Made by a program: the position numbers and the translations under genes
In this document: one piece after another, positions 56,352-64,000 of the stretch
Numbering within the stretch: position 1 is the first letter of the stretch
How the letters are laid out: every line of letters begins with the position of its first letter
The notes under the pieces: generated by a model
Told to the model about the DNA's origin: nothing
Database searches by the model: none
The model's input: only the letters and a program-made list of their open reading frames with translations
DNA from: a virus
Lineage: Duplodnaviria > Caudoviricetes
Strand: one strand, 5' to 3'
Virus record (IMG/VR): IMGVR_UViG_3300010429_000387
Location: 64,001 to 128,000 of that record
DNA: 64,000 nt

Positions 56352-57415
56352 CCATGCGCCTGCCTGTCCTCGATGAAGTAGGTCTCCGGGTAGCTGCCCG
56401 GTACAAATCCAAGAAGAAGCTGGAGAGTGGCAACACCCTCTATGTCTACAGCCCTCAGCAGGTCTCCCGTAGGAACAACCAGAAGGCAGACCGAGTCGAG
56501 AAGCTACGTGGCAAGTTGGACAGCCTCCGTAAGAAGGTGAAGACCGACCTCAAGTCCAAGGACCCCAAGACCAAGCTCACGGCCCTGGTTGTGGCTCTCA
56601 TCGACCATACCTATGAGCGAGTCGGGAACGACACCTCTGCTGAAGAGAGAGGCCACTTTGGGGTGACTGGGTGGCAGAAGCAGCACATCTCCCTTGGTAA
56701 GGGTCGTGCGATCATCAAGTACACTGGGAAGTCAGGGGTCAAGCACGAGAAGGTTGTTGATGACCCGAGCATCATCCCAGCCCTGAAGGAAGCCTATGAC
56801 TCGGTCGAGAAGGAAACCGATGGCATCTTTGGGGAGGGCGATGCGGCTGTTGGGTCCTCCGATGTGAACGAGTACCTCTCCGAGTTTGACATCACGGCCA
56901 AGGATCTTCGGGGCCTCCATGCAAACAGGGAGATGCAGGATCGCTTGAAGGCGATTCGGTCCAAGGGGCCGAAGCTGCCCTCTGACCGTAAGGGCAAGGA
57001 CAAGATCCTGAAGGAGGAGTTCAAGAAGGCTCTCGAAGGAGCGGCTGAGGCGGTAGGGCACGAGCCCTCAACCCTCCGGAGCCAGTACCTCGTACCGTCC
57101 CTTGAGGAAGCCTACATGAAGGATGGGACGGTCATCGAGAAGCTGAATGAGAAGGTGGCTGGCCTCGACCAAGACGAGCCCCCACCCCTTGTCTTCTCTC
57201 ACCGGGTCATTCGCCAGTTGGTGGATCACATGGTCGGGGAGGACACCGTGACTGAAGACTCTGACTTCCAGGCAATGCGTATTGCTTTCCGTCAGAGGGG
57301 AGGCTCCTGGGAGCGGTTCATCAACGGGGACACCAACCACAACAACATCTTGAAGGATGTCGTTGTTGCTTGGTCCAAGTTGCCTGGGCACAAGAAGAAG
57401 CAGGAGACCCTCTGA
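56348..57415 (+). CDS. DNA topoisomerase IB
   Basis: RVGN, YTGKSG, TAKDLRGLHAN, VGHEPSTLRSQY (R-K-R-H-Y pentad). Confidence 0.92.
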   Translation: MTMRLPVLDEVGLRVAARYKSKKKLESGNTLYVYSPQQVSRRNNQKADRVEKLRGKLDSLRKKVKTDLKSKDPKTKLTALVVALIDHTYERVGNDTSAEERGHFGVTGWQKQHISLGKGRAIIKYTGKSGVKHEKVVDDPSIIPALKEAYDSVEKETDGIFGEGDAAVGSSDVNEYLSEFDITAKDLRGLHANREMQDRLKAIRSKGPKLPSDRKGKDKILKEEFKKALEGAAEAVGHEPSTLRSQYLVPSLEEAYMKDGTVIEKLNEKVAGLDQDEPPPLVFSHRVIRQLVDHMVGEDTVTEDSDFQAMRIAFRQRGGSWERFINGDTNHNNILKDVVVAWSKLPGHKKKQETL

Positions 57416-57936
57416 TGCCAGAGCAACCTCGTACCCGAGACTGCATCATTCTCGTCAAGGGTGATGCTCTCCCTGTCTCAGTGGATGAGCTTCTAGCCCG
57501 TGAGGGTTGGCGTGGAGGTCAGGCTGCTCAGTGGGTGTCCTCGACCAAAGACGAGCTTCTGGTTACCCGTTCCACTGGGCTCTATGCTGGCATCTTTCTG
57601 TGGGGTTCTGATGAGGACTCTGACCAGCATACCGCCATGACTCGGAGTCAGCCCTACTATCGGTATGCAACGATTGGGGCCGGAGGTTGGCACATCCTCA
57701 CAACCAGCTTTGAGCGGTACACCTATGCCTCTCGAACTGGTGGGGGGGCATTGGTCCCTATCGAGTACCATGCAAGCGACCGATTGGTCTTTTCCTTGCG
57801 TGGGTTTTTCACCAAGGAGGATGAGTGGACGCTCTCTGGAGACCCTAGAGCCCCGAACTCCTACTACATTGCCTTCGTCAGCCAGGCTCCGTCGGCATCC
57901 ACCAACTACTACATGGGGCTACAGGTCAGCATCTAG
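57415..57936 (+). CDS. putative structural protein, paralog 1
   Basis: RDC...KGD, GW.GGQ, LWGS.E, YTYASR, TKEDE.TLSGDPR. Confidence 0.75.
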   Translation: MPEQPRTRDCIILVKGDALPVSVDELLAREGWRGGQAAQWVSSTKDELLVTRSTGLYAGIFLWGSDEDSDQHTAMTRSQPYYRYATIGAGGWHILTTSFERYTYASRTGGGALVPIEYHASDRLVFSLRGFFTKEDEWTLSGDPRAPNSYYIAFVSQAPSASTNYYMGLQVSI

Positions 57937-57945
57937 GATGGTAGC

Positions 57946-58476
57946 ATGAGCCTTACTCTCAACTTCCCCCGAGATCGAGACTGTTTCGTCCTGTTCAAGG
58001 GTGATGCCTACCCTGTTGCTGTCTCCCAGGACATGATGTCTCAAGGGTGGCATGGGGGTCAGGGGGTCCGTTGGATCGACTCTCCTCGTGATGAGTTCCT
58101 GGTTACCTTTTCAGATGGACTCTATGGTGGGTTCATGCTCTGGGGGTCCAATGAGCCTTCGGATGTTCTGACCTCGCTCACTGGGAGCCAGGCAGAGTAC
58201 GGGTACGGAACCTTCTGTTCTGGTGGCTGGGTCATCGCCACTAAGACAGTGGAACTCTACACCTACGCATCGAGGACTGGTCCTGGACCCCTTGTTCGGT
58301 TGAACTACCAGGTGGGCGAGAGAGTTCGATTCTCCCTTCGAGGCTTCTGGACCAAGGAGGATGAGTGGACCCTGTCTGGGGACCCTCGGGGATCCAACGG
58401 CTACTACATCGGGAACGTGGTCCAAGCCCCCTCACCGGACAACAACGACTATATCGTCATCCAGACTTCGATTTGA
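57946..58476 (+). CDS. putative structural protein, paralog 2
   Basis: Same motifs as 57415..57936. Confidence 0.75.
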   Translation: MSLTLNFPRDRDCFVLFKGDAYPVAVSQDMMSQGWHGGQGVRWIDSPRDEFLVTFSDGLYGGFMLWGSNEPSDVLTSLTGSQAEYGYGTFCSGGWVIATKTVELYTYASRTGPGPLVRLNYQVGERVRFSLRGFWTKEDEWTLSGDPRGSNGYYIGNVVQAPSPDNNDYIVIQTSI

Positions 58477-58482
58477 GGGACC

Positions 58483-59001
58483 ATGCCTGAGATCATCCGA
58501 GGCCGAGACTGCATCGTTTTCTTCAAGGGCGACTCCCAAACGGTTGTGGTCTCTCAGGCCATGGTGAACGGTGGGTGGCCTGGTGGTCAGGGTGTGCAGT
58601 GGGTTGACTCAGCCAGTGACGAACGGGTGGTCTCCTATTCGGAGGGTCTCTACGGAGGTATTCTCATCTGGGGGTCAGATGAGGACGGGGATCGGTTCAC
58701 CTCTATTTCTGGGCAGCAACCACACTACCGATACGCAACCATGTTCAGTGGTGGGGCTCTTATCTCCACCTCCACCTATGAGCGCTATACCTACGCCTCT
58801 CGAATCGGAGGGGGACCCCTAGTGCCCCTGGTCTACGAGACCAATGACATACTTTACTTGTCGAGAAGGGGTCTTTGGACGAAGGAAGATGAGTTGACCC
58901 TCTCCGGAGACCCCCGAGCCCCGTGCTTCTTCAGTGGATTCGTGGCTCAGGTCCCCAAGGCATCCAACCGGATGTTCCTGGGAATCCAAACGAGTATGTA
59001 G
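58483..59001 (+). CDS. putative structural protein, paralog 3
   Basis: Same motifs as 57415..57936. Confidence 0.75.
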   Translation: MPEIIRGRDCIVFFKGDSQTVVVSQAMVNGGWPGGQGVQWVDSASDERVVSYSEGLYGGILIWGSDEDGDRFTSISGQQPHYRYATMFSGGALISTSTYERYTYASRIGGGPLVPLVYETNDILYLSRRGLWTKEDELTLSGDPRAPCFFSGFVAQVPKASNRMFLGIQTSM

Positions 59002-59544
59002 ATGGACTCACAAGTTACCCGCCGAACCGAGACAGAACCAGGCATCAAGCTCAGGAAGCCCCTGGACAAGATGACTCCGGCGGATCTTTGTGAGGAGGCT
59101 GCCATCATTCGCAGGGGGATTGAGAAGTCTGCGGAGCGACTCAACGGGATCTACGCCTACTTGTATACGAGTGTTCGTAGACTCCCATCAGATGACATGA
59201 CTTATGCCTACTTGTCTGTAGCAAACTCCGGAAAGCGCTTCTCTGGGATGGTCATTCAGGCATCCAAGAGGACCGCTGGCACCGAAGGACGAGCCCTTCT
59301 TCTTGCCAAGCGTGAGATTGAAGAGCGGGACCGCTTCAGGCAGGTTGCTGACCTGAAGCGTCAGGCAGAAGAGGCCAAGCAGAAGAAGGCCCAGGCCAGG
59401 CCCACAGACCCCCTTGAAGCACTTTTCGGAGTGCCCCTCATGCCGAGTGAGGTTTCCGAACCGGAACTCTCCCAGAGCTTCATCGACGACAGCCAGGGAC
59501 CCTCGTCTGACCTTGACGACCTCTACGGCGAGGAGCTGACCTAA
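59002..59544 (+). CDS. hypothetical protein
   Basis: Operonic ORF. Confidence 0.7.
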   Translation: MDSQVTRRTETEPGIKLRKPLDKMTPADLCEEAAIIRRGIEKSAERLNGIYAYLYTSVRRLPSDDMTYAYLSVANSGKRFSGMVIQASKRTAGTEGRALLLAKREIEERDRFRQVADLKRQAEEAKQKKAQARPTDPLEALFGVPLMPSEVSEPELSQSFIDDSQGPSSDLDDLYGEELT

Positions 59545-61361
59545 TGCCTTCGGATCGGTTCACCAACGTACCCAGAGCTAACCTGAGCGGTAGCGTTCTC
59601 GCCAATACCCAGGCTGGTAGCTACCCTCATGCCCCCTACGCCTCCAAGGGCGGGTTTTCCTCTCAACTCACTGAGAAGGAGCGCTTGGCCCGTCGGATTC
59701 GGACTGCCAATGCTGGTGGGCACATGGGTGGGATCAGTGGTGGAGCAGGCAACACTGTCCTGTCTGGGCAGAGCCCCTTCTTCAGCCCACAGCTTTCCAC
59801 CGACTTCTTGGAACAGCCTCAATCTCTACGTGAGAAGCGTGAGATTTACAGGCACTTCTACAATGCCGACCCCATCGTGGGTCAGGCCATTGATCTTCAC
59901 ACTGAGCTTCCAATGTCGAAGGTTCGCCTCTCGACTCCGAAGCCTCGGACTTGCCCCCAGGGGTTCAAGGACCCAGATGACTACGGAAAGTACATCCTCG
60001 ACTTCTTTGAGAGGATGTGCAAGCGAATCAAGCTGTTCCAGCGGTTGATCACAGGGACCCACCACTACTGGTTGGATGGGAACGTGTTCTTCTTCGCTGA
60101 GGACTCGACGGTTGATGTCCCTCCTCAGGTTGGACACAAGGTCGAGAAGGTACCTCGGGCCGTCCTTCATGAGGATGGGACTGGGAGTGAGTACGAGGAG
60201 GACAGCATCAACGAGCTTCCCGACCGAGAGGACCGGGAGCTGGCCTACTACCAGAAGAACTACCAGGGCTGGTCCAAGCTCATCATCCTCCCCATCGACC
60301 AGGTCAAGCTCTCCTCCTTCAGCTTCACGGACAAGGTCCGGATCGAGCTGATCCCGAGCGACCGGGACAAGGTTCTCTTCCAGCAGGCTATGTCTGGGGA
60401 TGAGCGTTCTCAAGAGATGATCCAAGAGATCCCTCAAGAGGTCAGGGAGTACATTGAGTCTGGGAAGCTCATCCCGCTTGGTACCGACCCTGACGAGGGC
60501 TCGTTCTGCTATCACCTGGCAGCCCGTAGAGGAGCTGGGGAGGAGCTGGGGGCCAGTCTTCTGGACCGTTGCCTCCGGACGCTCTACTATCGTGAGAAGC
60601 TCCGTCAGGCCCAGACCCAGATTGCCTCCAGGGCCATGACCCCGAAGCGGTTGGTCTGGGGTGAGAACCTTTCTGAGACCGACACTGAAGACCTCCGGGA
60701 GCAGGTGGACCTGGCCCTGGTGGACCCTGACTACTCCATCGTGACCAACTACGAGGTCCACTGGGAGGAGATCGGTTCCCGTGATCGTCTGCTGGACTTG
60801 TCCAGCGAGTACGAGATCACAGACAAGCAGCTATTTGCTGGGCTTGGGGTTACTGAGTCACTCCTGAACGGTGAGTCCACGTTCTCGGGTGACCGAGTCA
60901 AGCTAGAAGTCCTGAATACCCGATACGTTCTCTTCAGAGAGGTCATCCAGGAGTACGTCGAGGAGTACCTTTTCAAGCCAGTAGCCCGTAGAAAGGGCTT
61001 CGTTGAGAAGGACCAGTGGGGCAACGAGGTGGTGTTGTTCCCACGCCTCAGCTTCACCCGTCTGGCCCTACGAGACAGCCAGGACACCTACGACGCCTTG
61101 TTCAACCTCTACCAGAAGGGTTCGATCAGTATCGACCTCATTTTGGAGATGTTTAACATCGACCCACAGGACACCAAGGAGAAGATCGAGAAGGACATGT
61201 TCTCGGTCAACGACTCCACCTTCAATGAGGTCATTCGAGGGGTCTATGGCGAGGTCGGTCGAATGCTCGCTGAGAAGACCGACATCATGGACAAGATCGC
61301 CAAGTACCTTGGTCTCCAGGTCAAGCAGGAGCCCCCCGCTGAAGAGGAAGGGCGCTACTGA
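59544..61361 (+). CDS. portal protein
   Basis: FYNADPIVGQAIDLHTELP, G.SLL..C.R.L, I/LFAGLGV..SLL.GE..FS; ~600 aa near TerL. Confidence 0.82.
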   Translation: MPSDRFTNVPRANLSGSVLANTQAGSYPHAPYASKGGFSSQLTEKERLARRIRTANAGGHMGGISGGAGNTVLSGQSPFFSPQLSTDFLEQPQSLREKREIYRHFYNADPIVGQAIDLHTELPMSKVRLSTPKPRTCPQGFKDPDDYGKYILDFFERMCKRIKLFQRLITGTHHYWLDGNVFFFAEDSTVDVPPQVGHKVEKVPRAVLHEDGTGSEYEEDSINELPDREDRELAYYQKNYQGWSKLIILPIDQVKLSSFSFTDKVRIELIPSDRDKVLFQQAMSGDERSQEMIQEIPQEVREYIESGKLIPLGTDPDEGSFCYHLAARRGAGEELGASLLDRCLRTLYYREKLRQAQTQIASRAMTPKRLVWGENLSETDTEDLREQVDLALVDPDYSIVTNYEVHWEEIGSRDRLLDLSSEYEITDKQLFAGLGVTESLLNGESTFSGDRVKLEVLNTRYVLFREVIQEYVEEYLFKPVARRKGFVEKDQWGNEVVLFPRLSFTRLALRDSQDTYDALFNLYQKGSISIDLILEMFNIDPQDTKEKIEKDMFSVNDSTFNEVIRGVYGEVGRMLAEKTDIMDKIAKYLGLQVKQEPPAEEEGRY

Positions 61362-61397
61362 ACCCCTCGATAGTTCTTTTGGTCGAGACCTTGATTG

Positions 61398-64000
61398 ATG
61401 GACATCCTGGGCACCAAAGATCGCAACGAGCGTGAGGAGGCGGAGGCGGAGCGTCTTGTTCGCCCCCTCCCCAAGCTCAAGCCTCCTCGGCATGACCGCC
61501 GACGGGAAGAGATGCAGGTTGACCGGGACCCGGATGTAGAGGGTGATCCCGACACCAAGTCTGACCCAGACCTCTCGATGAACCGTCGGGAGATCGGTGG
61601 GTCCGCTGACTTCTATCGTCGATTCGTTCGAGAGGTTCTTGCAGGTGAGGCTGCCAAGAAGCTGATCACCGTTCGTCGCAAGGAAGACGACCAAACCGTC
61701 CAGGTGTCCGAGGACACCCTCCACGGCCCTGAAGCCTCGAAGTACGAGAAGATCAAGGAGGGGGACCCCAAGCCCAAGAAGGACCGCTCCCACCTTCAGT
61801 TGGTGAAGGCCCCGAAGGAAGAGGCAGCCCCGAAGGAAGAGGCCCCGAAGGAAGAGGCGCCCAAGCCCAAAGGTAAGCCAGACCTGAAAGAGGCCCCCAA
61901 GCCCAAGGAGAAGGCCAAGGAGCCCAAGAAGGAGCAGGCAAAGCTCACAGATGAGGAGCTTGCTGCCAACGTCGTCAACAAGTGGAAGGCTGGGGAGAAG
62001 CACAAGGCCAAGGACTTCCAAGAGTTTGGCGATTCGATCCCCACCTCGACCAAGGACTCGGAGACAGGGGAGGTGCTCTTCCTTGACCCCAAGTCGAAGA
62101 AGCGACTCCCCTTCGAGAAGCTACCCAACACAGAGAAAGCTCGCCTCATCCAGGAGTTCTCCAAGAAGAAGGAGCAGGCCGGTAAGGAGAAGGCAGAGCA
62201 GGAGAAGACCCAGAAGGAGCAGGCCGCTCTGACTCAGGCCATCTCCAACGCTGGTGGGGAGGATACTGAGAAGGCTCGTAAGCTCCTTCGGGACCTCGCT
62301 GACCCCAAGAGTGAAGCCTCCAAGAAGATTCAGGAGATCGTATCCAAGGGGCACGCAGCAGAGGACTTGGACATTGCCAAGACCTTCCCAGAACTTGCGA
62401 AGGTGGGCCAGCTCCCTCCTTCGGTCAAGAACGTGGCTGATCTCGTTCGTGTGGCGAAGCCTTTCAAGGAGCAAGAGGACAAGAGAGAGGCTGAGGAGAA
62501 GAAGAAGGCGGACGAAAAGGCCAAAGCTGAGGCAGAGGAAGCCAAGAAGCATGAGGCCCCTCCACCACCAAAGAGGAAGCCGCCTACTAGCAGGGAGAAG
62601 TATGAGGCTCTAAGTATGCTCTTGGACACCTTCCCAGCGGATGTGGCGTCCAAGTACATGCTTGATCACCCTGATGACATCAAGGAGATTGTCACTCAAT
62701 ATCAATCTCTTAGGGATACAGCCAAAAGCCTAACTCCACACGCTGCCGCCGCCGCTCTAAAGCAGGCAGGTGCAGACTTCACACTTAATCCAATGAGTGT
62801 GAAGCCTCCAAAGGAGCTAAACGGAAAGCCCTTTTCGGAGGTGGACCCCGAGGAGAAAGCTGAGGCTATGCAGAAGTACCGGATGAAGCAGGTTGCATTG
62901 AACCTGGCAGTCCGGGACCATGCTATAGCTGCTCTCAAGGGGACTGGGGTGAACCCGGAGTTGGCCTCGAAGATTGCGGATCACACCCTATCGGCCGGTT
63001 CCGACCCCAAGGCACACCGACAGAAGACCGTAGAAGCCTCACGAGACCTCTTCGTCAGTAGTAGCGTCCCCAAGCCGGAAGACCTTGAGGACGAGGATGA
63101 GGACGAGGACGAGGAGGACGAGCGGTTTGGAGTTCCGAAGAAGGTCAAGCCTGAGCCGAAGCCAACCGACCCCAAGGCGAGAAAGAAGCTGCTAGATGGC
63201 CTGGTCAAGTCCAGCAACCTGGATGCCCAGATGCTAGCGGTAGCTTCCTTCCAGGGTGAGGACTACCAGGAGGCCATGAAGCAGTTCCGAGTAGACCCCT
63301 CTGACAATCCAAAGAGGGTTGTGGCTAAGCTGAGGGCCGCTGAGAAGTTCTTCAAGGAGCAGTCGAAGCTGTACCCACCTGAGGCGGTCTCCGCTCTGGA
63401 GAACCCCTACCAGGTCTTCAGGACTCGAATTAGGCACTCGCTCAGCTCACTCTCTGAGAAGGATGCCGCTTCTGTCCGGAAGCACATTGCTGAGCTTGAC
63501 GCTTCTGACTACGAGTCCTCCCTGAAGGGCCACCAGAAGACTCAGAAGAAGTACGAGAAGGACCGTGAGAAGTGGGAGCGAGACAAGGCCCAGAGTGCGA
63601 AGTCTGGCAAGCCCTTCACTACCCCTGAGCCCATAGAGCCCACCCCTCCAGTGAAGCCTAGGGATTATGACGTGATTCGCCCGAACTCCAAGGGGGACCC
63701 TGAATCAGTTCGGAGGCGGTTCGAGGAGGCATTCAGGAAGAAGAATGCTGCCCTCTATTCTTCTTATCCCGTGGAGGTTTGGCAGATGGGCACAACTATG
63801 CCGTCAAGAGACCAAGTCATACAGGCGATCCGAACCGCCATCTACCATGGGGTCCAACCCTATCCGGCGGGTCATGAGGGGTTCGCCCCGTATACCGGTT
63901 GGGAGCAGGCTCAGATCCGAGACCTGGCGACCCAGGACTTCTCGACCATTCTGGCTGAAGCCAAGGGGTGGTTGAAGTCCCCCGTTCTGTCCAAGTCCAT
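61398..64000 (+). CDS. large Lys/Glu-rich protein, 3'-truncated by the window (>867 aa)
   Basis: Own reading MDILGTKDRNEREE...; in frame with the last codons of the window and absent from the ORF track because it has no stop. Confidence 0.75.
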   Translation, partial: MDILGTKDRNEREEAEAERLVRPLPKLKPPRHDRRREEMQVDRDPDVEGDPDTKSDPDLSMNRREIGGSADFYRRFVREVLAGEAAKKLITVRRKEDDQTVQVSEDTLHGPEASKYEKIKEGDPKPKKDRSHLQLVKAPKEEAAPKEEAPKEEAPKPKGKPDLKEAPKPKEKAKEPKKEQAKLTDEELAANVVNKWKAGEKHKAKDFQEFGDSIPTSTKDSETGEVLFLDPKSKKRLPFEKLPNTEKARLIQEFSKKKEQAGKEKAEQEKTQKEQAALTQAISNAGGEDTEKARKLLRDLADPKSEASKKIQEIVSKGHAAEDLDIAKTFPELAKVGQLPPSVKNVADLVRVAKPFKEQEDKREAEEKKKADEKAKAEAEEAKKHEAPPPPKRKPPTSREKYEALSMLLDTFPADVASKYMLDHPDDIKEIVTQYQSLRDTAKSLTPHAAAAALKQAGADFTLNPMSVKPPKELNGKPFSEVDPEEKAEAMQKYRMKQVALNLAVRDHAIAALKGTGVNPELASKIADHTLSAGSDPKAHRQKTVEASRDLFVSSSVPKPEDLEDEDEDEDEEDERFGVPKKVKPEPKPTDPKARKKLLDGLVKSSNLDAQMLAVASFQGEDYQEAMKQFRVDPSDNPKRVVAKLRAAEKFFKEQSKLYPPEAVSALENPYQVFRTRIRHSLSSLSEKDAASVRKHIAELDASDYESSLKGHQKTQKKYEKDREKWERDKAQSAKSGKPFTTPEPIEPTPPVKPRDYDVIRPNSKGDPESVRRRFEEAFRKKNAALYSSYPVEVWQMGTTMPSRDQVIQAIRTAIYHGVQPYPAGHEGFAPYTGWEQAQIRDLATQDFSTILAEAKGWLKSPVLSKS

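Overview
This window looks like a ~60% GC jumbo/large tailed-phage genome segment: it has terminase, portal, and almost all genes on the + strand. A Myxococcota-type lipoprotein hints at a myxobacterial host, which is an inference. Positions 1-19 kb are an RNA-gene island with about 52 tRNA or tRNA-like genes covering all 20 amino acids. The island includes four 8/4-fold tRNA-Ser, an 8/4 tRNA-Tyr, several other non-canonical tRNAs, a tmRNA and two HNH genes inserted at tRNA genes. Interleaved with the tRNAs is the main find: 12 complete and 1 partial copies of an ncRNA scaffold (outer stem-ATG...inner stem-TACAW-[cargo]-inner stem...CTTG-outer stem). Its stems differ in sequence in every copy yet still pair. 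The scaffold resembles the Ro60-binding module of bacterial Y RNAs. Each copy carries a different cargo: a circularly permuted tRNA, an intact tRNA-like gene, a bare anticodon hairpin, or a large structured domain. Positions 19-48.6 kb hold GroEL and a replication/recombination module: HolA/HolB/DnaX/clamp, class II RNR, NAD ligase, RecD2, SSB, RuvC, RecA, split Rad50, intein-containing Mre11, primase, a NusG-5' nuclease fusion and a sigma-like protein. Positions 48.7-64 kb hold head-morphogenesis genes (terminase, Topo IB, three paralogs, portal, and a large ORF running off the end). All calls are by eye; no database searches were run.
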